Assembly: GCA_016432425.1 (NCBI GenBank)
Contig: CP066688.1
Span: forward strand, 726,647-790,646
Length of the DNA: 64,000 nt
Direction of reading: 5' to 3'
Source of the DNA: Candidatus Daviesbacteria bacterium
Lineage (GTDB): Bacteria > Patescibacteriota > Microgenomatia > Daviesbacterales > UBA10151
Shown here: positions 36,292 to 46,030 of the stretch, piece after piece
Position numbering within the stretch: the stretch's first letter is position 1
Layout of the letters: every line of letters begins with the position of its first letter
Made by a program: the position numbers and the translations under genes
The notes under the pieces: model-generated
Databases searched by the model: none
Told to the model about the DNA's origin: nothing
Seen by the model: the letters and a program-made list of their open reading frames with translations, nothing else

Positions 36292-36913
36292 TATTTTCTC
36301 CCAAAGTGCTGGCCGCAGTTTGAATGGCCTTGGCTACTGCCTGTTTAGTCTCAGTTAAAGTAGTTTTGGTAGCCTGTAAATCCTGGCGTAGGCTGTCAAA
36401 AGCAGCTTTGGCATTGGTCTTAACTTTGCCTTCAGTAGTGACATTAACATTATAATCTTTGGCAGATTGGTTTTCTACGGCAATTTTGGCCTCCGCAATC
36501 TTGGCTTTGGCATCAGCAATAGCAGCTTGGGCAGCGGTCGTATCACCGCTGGCATTTCCTACCCTGGTTTCCACCTTAGCCAAAATATCTGACATGGTAT
36601 TGATAAACCTTAGGAAGGCATTGGTTCTGTTTTCGTTAATTTTATTTAAGTTTTCATTAAATTTTTCTACCCGCTGGGCTCTTTTTTGGTCCTTGAATTT
36701 GGCCAGCCTGGATTTTAGCGCTGCTGTCCGGGAGGCAATATTTTCTTTTCTCTGGTCTAATCTTTCCTGGAGGGTAGCTTTCCTAGTTTCAAATCTTTCT
36801 TTAAGAGTTTCTTTTTTGGGAGTGGAGCTGGAGGTAGAAGTTTGAGCTAAAACAGTAGGGACTATAGTAAGAAGTAAAACTGCAGCGGACAAGGCTAACT
36901 TTAAATTTACCAT
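36281..36913 (-). CDS. Secreted basic coiled-coil protein
   Basis: Signal peptide ending in VLA; Ala/Lys/Glu-rich helices. Confidence 0.7.
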   Translation of the reverse strand: MVNLKLALSAAVLLLTIVPTVLAQTSTSSSTPKKETLKERFETRKATLQERLDQRKENIASRTAALKSRLAKFKDQKRAQRVEKFNENLNKINENRTNAFLRFINTMSDILAKVETRVGNASGDTTAAQAAIADAKAKIAEAKIAVENQSAKDYNVNVTTEGKVKTNAKAAFDSLRQDLQATKTTLTETKQAVAKAIQTAASTLGENNGQ

Positions 36914-36981
36914 TATAAATAGATTAACAAGCTCTTTCTAGTTTGTCAAATTGACCTTAAAATTGGTACAATACTTAGGCT

Positions 36982-37055
36982 GCCCCCATAGCTCAGTGGA
37001 TTAGAGCAGATCGGTTCTAACGATAAGGTCGGAGGTTCGAATCCTCCTGGGGGCG
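36982..37055 (+). tRNA. tRNA-Arg(TCT)
   Basis: atcg-GT TCT AA-cgat; GTTCGAATC. Confidence 0.88.
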
Positions 37056-37059
37056 CAAT

Positions 37060-37530
37060 TTAAACACTCCAACCGCGGTTGGGAGTATTTCTTAATTCTT
37101 CTGTTTCAGTGGGTCTACTATAATCATCTTCTAGCCTATAAGTATCACCTGTTTCCGGAGTAGAAACCTCTAAGATATTGGCATCAGTAACGGCAATTAA
37201 TCTGTGCCTTTGGCCAGGTATATTGGTATAACCAACCCCTCTTTGCATAATAATAGACTCAATAATTTCCTGGCTATTTTCTAGAAGCAACACAACTTCT
37301 CCATCCAAAAGATATTGGGTTTCTATTTTTTCATCATGAAATTGAAAACTAATTTTGTTTCCTCCTCTAACATGAAGCCGTTTGCCTACATAAGGTAATC
37401 CCGGAGGAGTCCAAATTATTTCATAGCCCCATGGTTTTTCCACTCTACTACAATGAGGGGCGGTCACAAATTTTGACCTATCAACCCCAGTTAAAAACCT
37501 AACCATCTGCTCAGTTAGTCCTTCTATCAT
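37060..37530 (-). CDS. Cupin protein (mannose-6-phosphate isomerase type II-like)
   Basis: VEKPWG, SFQFHDEKIET, HRL, EVSTP, RLEDDYSR. Confidence 0.8.
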   Translation of the reverse strand: MIEGLTEQMVRFLTGVDRSKFVTAPHCSRVEKPWGYEIIWTPPGLPYVGKRLHVRGGNKISFQFHDEKIETQYLLDGEVVLLLENSQEIIESIIMQRGVGYTNIPGQRHRLIAVTDANILEVSTPETGDTYRLEDDYSRPTETEELRNTPNRGWSV

Positions 37531-37573
37531 ACTCTATATTATATATCACCTATAAAAATGTTAAAATACGCTT

Positions 37574-38710
37574 GTGAAGATTCTTTTTGCTTTAGCCCTT
37601 AGCCTACTTGTTTTGTTAACCATTCCCCTACTACTTTCTCCGGTTTTAGCAATTACTGATCCTCTTTCAGTTACTAATAATAAATTTGGTATCCATATTA
37701 TCTCTCCTACTTCTGACGAAGCCTCCCAGGCTGCCAGTTTAGTTAATTCTTCCGGTGGTGATTGGGGTTATGTCACTTTGGTCATTGAAGACAAGGATAA
37801 AGATGTAAATAAATGGCAGAATTTTTTTAACACCTTGACAGATAAGCATCTTATTCCTATTGTCAGAATTGCCACCCATCCGGCAGATGGAGCCTGGGTT
37901 TCCCCTACTGCCACCGCAGCGCTGGCTTGGGCAGATTTTTTGAACCAGTTAACTTGGCCGATTAAAAACCGCTATGTGCTAATTTATAACGAACCTAACC
38001 ACGGAGCCGAGTGGGGTGGAAATGTAAATCCCGACCAATATGCCACCATTTTATCTTTGACCATTGATGCTTTAAAAAGCAGAAGTAGTGATTTTTTTGT
38101 GCTAAATGGCAGCCTAGATGCTTCCAGTCCCCAGCAATTGCCAGAACTTGCTGATGAAATTTGGTTCCTGCAAAAAATGAATGAGGCAGTGCCGGGTATT
38201 TTTAATAAACTAGACGGTTGGAGCTCCCACAGTTACCCTAATCCTAACTTTGCAGGGTTGCCCACGGATAGTGGCCGGGGCAGCATCAAAACTTACCAAT
38301 GGGAACTGGAAACTTTAAAAAGTTTAGGATTGGCTAAAAACTTACCAGTATTTATTACTGAAACTGGCTGGAAACATCAAGGCGATCAATCTTTTTTTGA
38401 GGAGTTGAGTAATTATTATCAGGCAGCTTTTACGCAGAGTTGGACAGACCCAAATATTGTGGCTATTACTCCCTTTCTTTTAAATTATTTAGAGCCTCCT
38501 TTTAATAGTTTTTCTTTTCTGGGGCCTCAGGGACAAATTTATCCTTTTTATACTGCAGTCCAAAGTTTACCCAAGTTAACTGGTCAACCACAATTAAATT
38601 TGCTACCAGAGGTAAAAGGCATTGATTTAGACCTTCAATCAGTGGATTTAAAAACTAAAGAGCCAGAGTTTAATCTTTGGACCTTTTTAACTATGGTGGG
38701 CCCTTTTTAA
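37574..38710 (+). CDS. Exported clan GH-A glycoside hydrolase
   Basis: Signal peptide; NEPN, SHSYP, ITETGW. Confidence 0.8.
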   Translation: MKILFALALSLLVLLTIPLLLSPVLAITDPLSVTNNKFGIHIISPTSDEASQAASLVNSSGGDWGYVTLVIEDKDKDVNKWQNFFNTLTDKHLIPIVRIATHPADGAWVSPTATAALAWADFLNQLTWPIKNRYVLIYNEPNHGAEWGGNVNPDQYATILSLTIDALKSRSSDFFVLNGSLDASSPQQLPELADEIWFLQKMNEAVPGIFNKLDGWSSHSYPNPNFAGLPTDSGRGSIKTYQWELETLKSLGLAKNLPVFITETGWKHQGDQSFFEELSNYYQAAFTQSWTDPNIVAITPFLLNYLEPPFNSFSFLGPQGQIYPFYTAVQSLPKLTGQPQLNLLPEVKGIDLDLQSVDLKTKEPEFNLWTFLTMVGPF

Positions 38711-38754
38711 ATTGGGGGGTTGACAGGCAGGCAGAAGTAGTGTAGTATAAGCTT

Positions 38755-38812
38755 ACTTGTTAACCGTAAGGTTTACAAGTTCTCTAAAAGAGCCCCGCAA
38801 GGGGCTTTTTTA
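38755..38812 (+). ncRNA. Putative ~58-nt two-hairpin small RNA
   Basis: TTGACA(38720)-17-TAGTAT promoter, GTAA-loop hairpin, then a GCAA-loop terminator with T run. Confidence 0.45.
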
Positions 38813-38851
38813 GTGGAGAATTAGCCCACAAACTGATAAAATACAACATAT

Positions 38852-38924
38852 GGTGATTGTAGCTCAAAAGTAGAGCGTCCGCCTGTGGAGCGGAAGGAAG
38901 CGGGAGCGTTACCCGTCAGTCACC
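38852..38924 (+). tRNA. tRNA-His(GTG), atypical loops
   Basis: G-1:C73; tccgc-CT GTG GA-gcgga; D-loop lacks GG, T-loop AGCGTTA. Confidence 0.8.
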
Positions 38925-38949
38925 CATAACCGTAAGAAGATTCTCTGGT

Positions 38950-39025
38950 GCCCTTGTAGCTCAATTGGATAGAGCGCTTCGCTTCGGACGAAGAGGTTTT
39001 GGGGGTTCGAGTCCCTCCAAGGGCG
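38950..39025 (+). tRNA. tRNA-Arg(TCG)
   Basis: cttcg-CT TCG GA-cgaag; GTTCGAGTC. Confidence 0.9.
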
Positions 39026-39047
39026 CACTTAGAAAAGGAGGTGGAAA

Positions 39048-39281
39048 ATGCCTAAAAGAAAAATTTTTGATGAGGAAAAACATCAACAAGTAGAAACTCC
39101 AGAAGAAGAAGGTGAGCAATCTATTTCTGGTGATACACCCGCTCCTGAATCTGATGATGATACATTAGAAAATGTGCATAAGGTCGGATTATATGAGGAT
39201 CAGGATGAGGAGCATCCAGGGGAATTGGGAATAGCAGAAGAGATAGAGGAAGATGAGGAAGAACGTAAAAGAGAGGATTAA
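39048..39281 (+). CDS. Small highly acidic hypothetical protein
   Basis: SD AAGGAGGT; Glu/Asp-rich. Confidence 0.7.
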   Translation: MPKRKIFDEEKHQQVETPEEEGEQSISGDTPAPESDDDTLENVHKVGLYEDQDEEHPGELGIAEEIEEDEEERKRED

Positions 39282-39294
39282 AGTGAAGTTTTAT

Positions 39295-39369
39295 GGCCCC
39301 ATAGCTCAGTGGTAGAGCAGTTGCCTCTTAAGCAATTGGTCGGAGGTTCGAATCCTCCTGGGGTCACCA
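39295..39369 (+). tRNA. tRNA-Lys(CTT)
   Basis: gttgc-CT CTT AA-gcaat; encoded CCA. Confidence 0.95.
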
Positions 39370-39416
39370 AATGGTTGCAAAACAGACTGCGGATTAGTTT
39401 GATATAACGAGCTAAA

Positions 39417-40031
39417 ATGAAGGCAAAAAAACCTAACAAACGCTTATGGCTTACGCTTTTAATGATTGTTGCAATTCCTGTGTTGTTAGTAACTACATAC
39501 ATTATTTACCTTAATGCAATCGAAGCTAATCCTCATCCAATAGTCCCAAGTCAATCTTCTATTGTAGAAACAAATGGTGGTTACAAAAGATATACAAATA
39601 ACCATTTTAAATACTCTTTTGAATATCCCATTGATTACAAATTGGTTGAAAATATGGAATCTTATAAAGATGGTTTTTATAGACAAACTGTACTTGGTAA
39701 AGATGAGAATTATGACACACCTAATACAAAATTCATTTCAGGATCAGTTATCTCTTTTTACTTTTACACAGATCGAACGATGACTCAAGAAATTGATAAA
39801 ATAAAAAAAGACAATGAGGGATCACAATTTAATGATGTACAATTTAAAGGAACAAATGTAGTTGAATTAAAATTTCAGAGGTATCCTCAATCCAGGACTT
39901 TATTTATCCCAAGACCAGATGGATTCCTGGTAATAAGATTTGGCCCTGGTGAACAAACAAGTTTGGATTCACTGGTCCAATACACAAAAGACTTTAATAA
40001 TATTTTAGATTCTTTTGACCTTCTAAATTAA
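39417..40031 (+). CDS. Membrane-anchored PsbP-like protein
   Basis: TM helix, YTNNHFKYSFEYP, FNNILDSF terminus. Confidence 0.65.
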   Translation: MKAKKPNKRLWLTLLMIVAIPVLLVTTYIIYLNAIEANPHPIVPSQSSIVETNGGYKRYTNNHFKYSFEYPIDYKLVENMESYKDGFYRQTVLGKDENYDTPNTKFISGSVISFYFYTDRTMTQEIDKIKKDNEGSQFNDVQFKGTNVVELKFQRYPQSRTLFIPRPDGFLVIRFGPGEQTSLDSLVQYTKDFNNILDSFDLLN

Positions 40032-40090
40032 TAGTTAGTATCTTAGTCGAGGATATAATTAATTTTACCTAATGACCTCTTGGCGAAAGT

Positions 40091-40211
40091 ATCCTTCGAC
40101 TCACTTCACTCGCTCAGGACTTAGCTTTACTGTTAGGGAGCCCTTCGACTTCGCTCAGGATAAACGATTCTGATGATTCATTTTGGCCCGCTTCGCCAGC
40201 GAGGCGAGCTA
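40091..40211. repeat. Cluster of REP-like palindromes
   Basis: atccttcgactc...gctcaggac, cccttcgacttcgctcaggat, cccgcttcgccagcgaggcgag; the same families are found inside uvrA. Confidence 0.75.
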
Positions 40212-40577
40212 CAGGGATCGAAACCTTATTGCATAGCAAGAGCTTGTTCAGTCTCTCTTCTTAAGTGCTACAATTAATTCATGTCCGCCAAAAATAAAAT
40301 CAACATAGGTTCTCTTTGGAAATGGCATATAAAGCAGATCAAGCATTTGTACTTAATTTCTCAAATAGATTTAAATCAGACAGAAAATTGCCGAGACAGT
40401 TGAAAATTGTGAGTGTAAAAAAGCCCCGTATGGTAAACATACGGGGTAAGTGAGTATATTAAATCAAAAATAAGCTCATTTGTCAATGTCTTATAGTTAA
40501 AATTAGTTAAGAAAAGTTAACGTACTTAACTATGTATTTTTTAGCCCAAATAAATAGGCATATCAAGACATGAATTT

Positions 40578-41981
40578 TCAGTTAGACTTAGCAAATTGGG
40601 GCAGTTGCAGGGGTAAAACTTGGTTTAAATTAGTTTCTGCTTTTTTAAGATAAACTACGCTGTATTTGGGGAAATAAAGAAAAGTAGCAGGGGAATCCTC
40701 CAAGAGCACTTTTTGAAAATCAATATATGCATTTTTGCGTTCTCCTGCATTACTTAACTTCCTCCCATCCTCTAAATCCTTATCAGCCCTGGCTTGAGAA
40801 TATTTAGTGGGATTAGTTTTATCCTGGGTAGAATGCCAGAGAAAATATTGATCCGGGTCAGTGGGAATATTTTGTACAACTAACAAGGCTTGAAAATTTT
40901 GGGCAATCCCCGACTCCGCCCTCATTACCACATTCAACCCTAAACTTTTCCAAGCTGAAACTACTCTTTCCCCCACTATCTCCAGTTGAGGAGTGACTGT
41001 CAAAATAATTTGTTTATCCAAAGAGCTGATCCCGGAGTTTTTGGCTCTATTTAAGGCTTCTTTGGCCTGATCAGCATCATTTAAATAATCTTTTAAATCA
41101 GTTCCGTAGGCCCAGGAGAAAGGAGGGATGGGTGATTTGGCAACTGTTTCTCCGCTTATTTCCGGGGCAGAGAAACTCAAAGCCTGACGCAGCGATCGGT
41201 TTCCCAAAAACGGGTCTTTGGTGTTATACAAAATGGTCACTATTTTGGAATAATCAGTAGCTTGCTTGGTAGAAATAAACGGACCGGATAAATTTTGATT
41301 AGAGCTAACACCGAACAAACTTTGAACTTCCCCCAATGAAAAACCTGTCAGGGCAGTTTTTTCATTGGGATAAAAACGGATGATTAACTCCGGCAATTTA
41401 GCATCAAGCGGAGACAGTGTTACCTTGGTCAGAAAAATACGGCTTTTTTCTACTGCAGTTAAGCGATAAGGCCCGGTTCCTAAACGGGTGCCCTTTTTAA
41501 AAATGGGACTAACTAGCAGTGAAGGAAAAGGTGAATAGGGCTCTTTTAATTTAAACTCCACGGTTTTTTCATCAGGAAAACTCACCTCTACATTGGGAAT
41601 ATTAATGTCCAAATCCCCGGATTTTAAATTTAAGTTGTCAGCCCACCTAAGGTTATCTTTTAACTTAAATTTAAAGGTAGTAGCATCATTATTGACCTCC
41701 CACCCGGCAGCTAAATCTCCCACTGTCCGGCCTGTTTGGTCAGTTTTGGTCAGCCCTTGTGAGAGCAGTTTAGTTACCTCCAGGGGTAAATCTGCCTCTT
41801 GATAAGTGCCGACTAAACCTTCAGAGAGGATCTTTTTACCCCATAAAATATTAAATTGAATTTGGAAAATTGTTAGTAAAACCAAGGCTGTTACCACCCC
41901 TAAAAAAATCCACATCTTACGCTTGATCAAATTAATTACAATCAAGCTGAAAATTCTAAATTGAGAGTTAAATTCAAACAT
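40578..41981 (-). CDS. ABC transporter substrate-binding protein, family 5
   Basis: GDLAAGWEV, LKDNLRWAD, GTGPY, LRQAL; start set at the TAATG overlap with the secG stop. Confidence 0.85.
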   Translation of the reverse strand: MFEFNSQFRIFSLIVINLIKRKMWIFLGVVTALVLLTIFQIQFNILWGKKILSEGLVGTYQEADLPLEVTKLLSQGLTKTDQTGRTVGDLAAGWEVNNDATTFKFKLKDNLRWADNLNLKSGDLDINIPNVEVSFPDEKTVEFKLKEPYSPFPSLLVSPIFKKGTRLGTGPYRLTAVEKSRIFLTKVTLSPLDAKLPELIIRFYPNEKTALTGFSLGEVQSLFGVSSNQNLSGPFISTKQATDYSKIVTILYNTKDPFLGNRSLRQALSFSAPEISGETVAKSPIPPFSWAYGTDLKDYLNDADQAKEALNRAKNSGISSLDKQIILTVTPQLEIVGERVVSAWKSLGLNVVMRAESGIAQNFQALLVVQNIPTDPDQYFLWHSTQDKTNPTKYSQARADKDLEDGRKLSNAGERKNAYIDFQKVLLEDSPATFLYFPKYSVVYLKKAETNLNQVLPLQLPQFAKSN

Positions 41982-42196
41982 TAGATGACTAGACCTAAAA
42001 CAGAGATAGCAATGAAAGCGACTGCTAAAAACCAAGTGAACCGATAGAGCAGTTTTTCTGCCCCCCGGCGGGTCCGATAAAAGGAAAGTTCTCCTCCAAA
42101 AGTACTACCTAACCCTGCCCCTTTTTGTTGGATAATAATAACTAAAATTAGTAGAATTGCCAAAATAATTTGAATTAAAAATAAAACCGGCTTCAT
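41981..42196 (-). CDS. secG: Preprotein translocase subunit SecG
   Basis: IQQKGAGLGSTFGG...RRGAEKLL; two TM helices. Confidence 0.92.
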   Translation of the reverse strand: MKPVLFLIQIILAILLILVIIIQQKGAGLGSTFGGELSFYRTRRGAEKLLYRFTWFLAVAFIAISVLGLVI

Positions 42197-42222
42197 GGTT
42201 TTGTATTATAACATCTAATCAT

Positions 42223-42624
42223 CTAATCAACTAACCAGTGGAAAAAGTGAGTAAAAAGACCGATTAAGAAAGAAGCACTCACTGCCACCCATAGAGTAGA
42301 TAAATAAATTGCAGGGATGGTAAACCCATTTACCGAGGCCCCGGGAAAATCATAAGGTAGGAGTTTAAATTGGGGTAAAATAGTCATTAGAGCATAAAGG
42401 GCGACTACATTAGCAATCCAGGAAAACATGCCCAAGGTTAATAAATTTAAAGGCAAAAGCAAAACTTTCAAAACTGGCACCAGAATTAAATTAATCACGG
42501 TAAAAATTAACCCCCCCAACAACAGAGTTTGATAACCGCCTTCATAAGAGACTCCTTTGATAATTTGGGTAGTAAAATATAATGCCACTAAATTAATTAG
42601 GTAATAGCGTAAAATTCTCTTCAC
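42223..42624 (-). CDS. 4-TM holin-like family (YvlD/DUF360) membrane protein
   Basis: LLLPLNLLTLGMFSWIAN motif; this family often sits near uvr genes. Confidence 0.8.
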   Translation of the reverse strand: MKRILRYYLINLVALYFTTQIIKGVSYEGGYQTLLLGGLIFTVINLILVPVLKVLLLPLNLLTLGMFSWIANVVALYALMTILPQFKLLPYDFPGASVNGFTIPAIYLSTLWVAVSASFLIGLFTHFFHWLVD

Positions 42625-42645
42625 CTTTTTAAATTAACAGAAAAA

Positions 42646-43962
42646 TTAATTCTCGTCAAAAGTAGCTTTACGGTGGAGGGAACGATAAAAAGTAATAGCA
42701 AAACGGTGGGATTCATCACGCAGCCGTTGCAGTAGCTTTAAAGCCGGGGAAGATTTAGGTAATTTGGTGACTGTCCCGTCTGGTTGGTAGAGCCACTCCA
42801 TTCTTTTAGCTAAACCATAAGTAGGTATCTGGAGGTGGGCGGCCAGTAACTGCTCATGAATAGCCCGGACTTGGGCTATTCCCCCATCAATAATTATCAA
42901 ATTAGGCAAGGGCCAATTATTTTTTAATCTTCTTCTCATCATTTCTGCGTGCATCCCCACGTCATTGGGTTTACTCGGTCCGCCAGCTGGCGGACTGATT
43001 TTAAATTTACGGTACTGACTTTTATCTATTTCCCCGTTAGTTAATACCACCATGGAGCCGGTGGCAAAACGGCCCTGGATATTGGAAACATCATAACCTT
43101 CAATCCGCTCGGGCAGTTGCTTTAAATTTAAAGCTTGCTGCAAATTCTCCAGGGCTTTTTGCCTTTGTTCTTCTAAAAAATTGGGATTTTCTAAATAAGA
43201 CTGGACACGATTGGCTTGGAGCAAATAGTTGATACCATCAATCATTTTTTTGGCTTTCTGTGCAGCTTCAAAATTCTCTGCTTTGGCAAAAGAGGTCATT
43301 TGCTTATTTAAGTCCCTGATTAAACTAAAATGTTTACCCTCCATGAATTTAATAAAGTTAGCAATGTTCTTTTTATAATTTTTAGGGGAAATTTCTCCAG
43401 TACAAACTCCCGGACAAAGACCTAAATGGTAATAAAAACAGGCTTTGCCTGTTTTTGAGATAACTTCGTTATCATAAAAACCCGATGAACGTTTGGTTAT
43501 TTTTGGAGGATTACTGCACCAGGGGAAAACCCGTCTTAGCGATTTTAAAGTAGCTTTAACAGTGGTACTAGAGGGAAAGGGGCCGAAATATTTTAAAGAG
43601 CCTGCCAAGTCTTTTTTTCTGGCAGTTAAAATTTTAGGATAATCTTCCTTGGTCACTCTGATATATAAATAATCTTTATCATCGACTAGCCTAATATTAA
43701 ACTTAGGCAAATATTTTTTAATTAAGTTTGCTTCTAAAATTAGGGCTTCCAATTCTGACTCTACCAAGATAGTTTCCACCCCGGCAATTTCCCCTACCAG
43801 AGTAGCGGTTTTAAGATCATGGGAGGAGTTAAAATAACTAGCCACCCGAGCTCTTAGATCAATTGCTTTCCCCACATAAATTACACCACCGCTTTTATCT
43901 TTAAATTGATAAACTCCGGGACGGCGTGGAATCTGGCTAGAGGTAATAAAAGCAGGAATCAC
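42646..43962 (-). CDS. uvrC: Excinuclease ABC subunit C (short, lacks C-terminal HhH)
   Basis: PGVY...YVGKA, EALILEANLIK, RIEGYDVSN, IDGG, RLRDESHRFA. Confidence 0.95.
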   Translation of the reverse strand: MIPAFITSSQIPRRPGVYQFKDKSGGVIYVGKAIDLRARVASYFNSSHDLKTATLVGEIAGVETILVESELEALILEANLIKKYLPKFNIRLVDDKDYLYIRVTKEDYPKILTARKKDLAGSLKYFGPFPSSTTVKATLKSLRRVFPWCSNPPKITKRSSGFYDNEVISKTGKACFYYHLGLCPGVCTGEISPKNYKKNIANFIKFMEGKHFSLIRDLNKQMTSFAKAENFEAAQKAKKMIDGINYLLQANRVQSYLENPNFLEEQRQKALENLQQALNLKQLPERIEGYDVSNIQGRFATGSMVVLTNGEIDKSQYRKFKISPPAGGPSKPNDVGMHAEMMRRRLKNNWPLPNLIIIDGGIAQVRAIHEQLLAAHLQIPTYGLAKRMEWLYQPDGTVTKLPKSSPALKLLQRLRDESHRFAITFYRSLHRKATFDEN

Positions 43963-43989
43963 ACTGCATATTCTACAGAAATTTAAGTT

Positions 43990-45915
43990 TTACTTCAAAT
44001 TATTCTTCCCCACTTTTTTGGTGCTGGCGGGTAGTGATTCCTGTAGCGGAAGAGCTCTTCGTTTGTAAATGTATCGACTTAAAATTACCAGATAAATAAT
44101 TAAAATCGCTCCCACTAAAACAAAAACAGCAATGGGGGCAAATTGAGATTGTAAAAAAGGTTTAACCAAAACTTCTTTATTATATTTTTGGCCGGTAATA
44201 TTTACAGTCACAGTATCAGCATAATTGTCAAACAAAGATTTGGTTCTCACGTTATAAATAAATTCAGCTGAACCAAAGGCAGGAATGGGTCCTAAATTTT
44301 GATTTGTAGCTTCCAAAATATTTAAATTATTGGCAAAAACACTAAAGGGACTGGATTGTTTTAAACCATTGCCATTGTTGGAGATAATTACTTTAATTTG
44401 TCCGGGGAATCCTGCCAAAATGGGGTTACCAGCTTGAATATCTACTGATAAATTAGGTTTGGCAATAAAATCTATCTCGGAGAGGGTGACTTTGACATCA
44501 TGGGACTCTACCCCGTCATATTTATATGATCCCGCCGCGGCGGGACTCTGGGAAGATAACCCCTTCACCGCAAAAGCAAAATGATTTAAATCAAATTGGG
44601 AAAAATAATCCACTCCTCCGGTAGTAGATTCCCAGGTAGGGTCGATCATCACCCAACCGCGACTGTCATCCCAAAACTCAGGCCAGGCATGTAAAATATC
44701 TTTACTTAAAGAAAGAGGCCGCAAAGCCGGATTGGAAGTATAGGCAAAACCATTAATTTCTCGGGCCGGTACCCCGGCAGCCCGGGAGAGGGCAATAAAT
44801 AAATCAGTATATTCCATGCAAACTGCCGAGTTAGGATTATTTAAGGCAGTGACTGCCCCCAAACGTTCGATAATATTGGAACTTAAGCGCGAGGGGTCAT
44901 ATTTTAAGTAAGAGGCCACCCAGCGATGAACTGCGCGGGCCTTTTCTAAATTAGTAGCTGGACTCTCTCCTAAAATCTCCGTTAATTTAAGTTTAATGGC
45001 CGGGTTATCAACCTCCCAATACTTATCCGCTAGCAGGTATTTAGATTTTAGACTTGAATCTAATTTGGGGTTTTTAACTTTAGAGCGGATATAAAGTTTG
45101 GTTGAACCGATTATTTTAACTTGGAGTTGTTGGCTTCTGCTGAGGCGGTACCAGGCCAGGTAATTTCCGTCACTGTCAACTGTCACATTAAGAGGTTGGG
45201 GTTCCATCCTGGTAAAAATTACATCCTGGTAGGCAGTATCCGGAGGTAGGGCAATGTTGGTGACAACCGGGACCAGATTTTTATTTTCTAGATTGTAAGT
45301 TAGATCAAAATCGAATAATTGGAAGGAGCCAAAATTAGCCAATACGCCACTATTTTCCAGCTGGGATTTATCAAAAGTTAAAAATCTTTTGCCTCCCACT
45401 AAAGTTTGGCTTTTAGGAGTGGGGGTAATGGCGGTGGGGTCACCAAACTCCACCGGTACAGACAAAGTTAAGTTATAAGATTTAAGGTTAGAGGTAGAAG
45501 TGACCTTGGGGACAGAAACTTCCCATACTTTACCTTGTTTCTGGGCAAAATCAGTGGATTTAAAAGACAGAGTCCAGGGCAATTCTTTGCCAAGTCCGGC
45601 CACTTGTTGGTTAAATTTTACTGCAATGGTGGTATTAGTTCCGGATTGGTTAGCAGTAGTTTTTAAGGGGCCGGAAGGGTCAGAAGCGGCAATATCAGTA
45701 ATTTTGGTAGCCCCAATGGTTAATTTAAATTCAGAAGCATAATATTGAGTGGTTAAATTTTTGAGGTTAATTTTTTCGGTAACAGTAGTTACCCCATCTG
45801 TACCCACGTCATAAGTGACATCGTAAGTAGTAGCAAACTCTTCTGCAGCAAAAGCTTTTGGGACAATTAAAACAGTAAGGGTCAAAAAAATAGCTACAAA
45901 AAACTTTTTTAACAT
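43990..45915 (-). CDS. Exported transglutaminase-like domain protein with C-terminal TM
   Basis: AVCMEY, HAWPE, IDPTW catalytic triad. Confidence 0.88.
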   Translation of the reverse strand: MLKKFFVAIFLTLTVLIVPKAFAAEEFATTYDVTYDVGTDGVTTVTEKINLKNLTTQYYASEFKLTIGATKITDIAASDPSGPLKTTANQSGTNTTIAVKFNQQVAGLGKELPWTLSFKSTDFAQKQGKVWEVSVPKVTSTSNLKSYNLTLSVPVEFGDPTAITPTPKSQTLVGGKRFLTFDKSQLENSGVLANFGSFQLFDFDLTYNLENKNLVPVVTNIALPPDTAYQDVIFTRMEPQPLNVTVDSDGNYLAWYRLSRSQQLQVKIIGSTKLYIRSKVKNPKLDSSLKSKYLLADKYWEVDNPAIKLKLTEILGESPATNLEKARAVHRWVASYLKYDPSRLSSNIIERLGAVTALNNPNSAVCMEYTDLFIALSRAAGVPAREINGFAYTSNPALRPLSLSKDILHAWPEFWDDSRGWVMIDPTWESTTGGVDYFSQFDLNHFAFAVKGLSSQSPAAAGSYKYDGVESHDVKVTLSEIDFIAKPNLSVDIQAGNPILAGFPGQIKVIISNNGNGLKQSSPFSVFANNLNILEATNQNLGPIPAFGSAEFIYNVRTKSLFDNYADTVTVNITGQKYNKEVLVKPFLQSQFAPIAVFVLVGAILIIYLVILSRYIYKRRALPLQESLPASTKKVGKNNLK

Positions 45916-45967
45916 CTTAATTATTGTAGCAAAATAACCTGAACTAAACCATTTTAAATAGGATTTA

Positions 45968-46001
45968 TTTCAAACTACATACGGCCGTGGGTAGTTTGAA
46001 A
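45968..46001. terminator. Hairpin downstream of uvrA
   Basis: tttcaaactac/gtagtttgaaa stem. Confidence 0.5.
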
Positions 46002-46030
46002 CATTTTGGATAACTAAGCTATCTTTACAA

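Noticed and set aside
42223-42624. Holin-like gene as prophage evidence
   Set aside because: The YvlD-like family is commonly chromosomal near uvr genes, and no phage structural genes are nearby.
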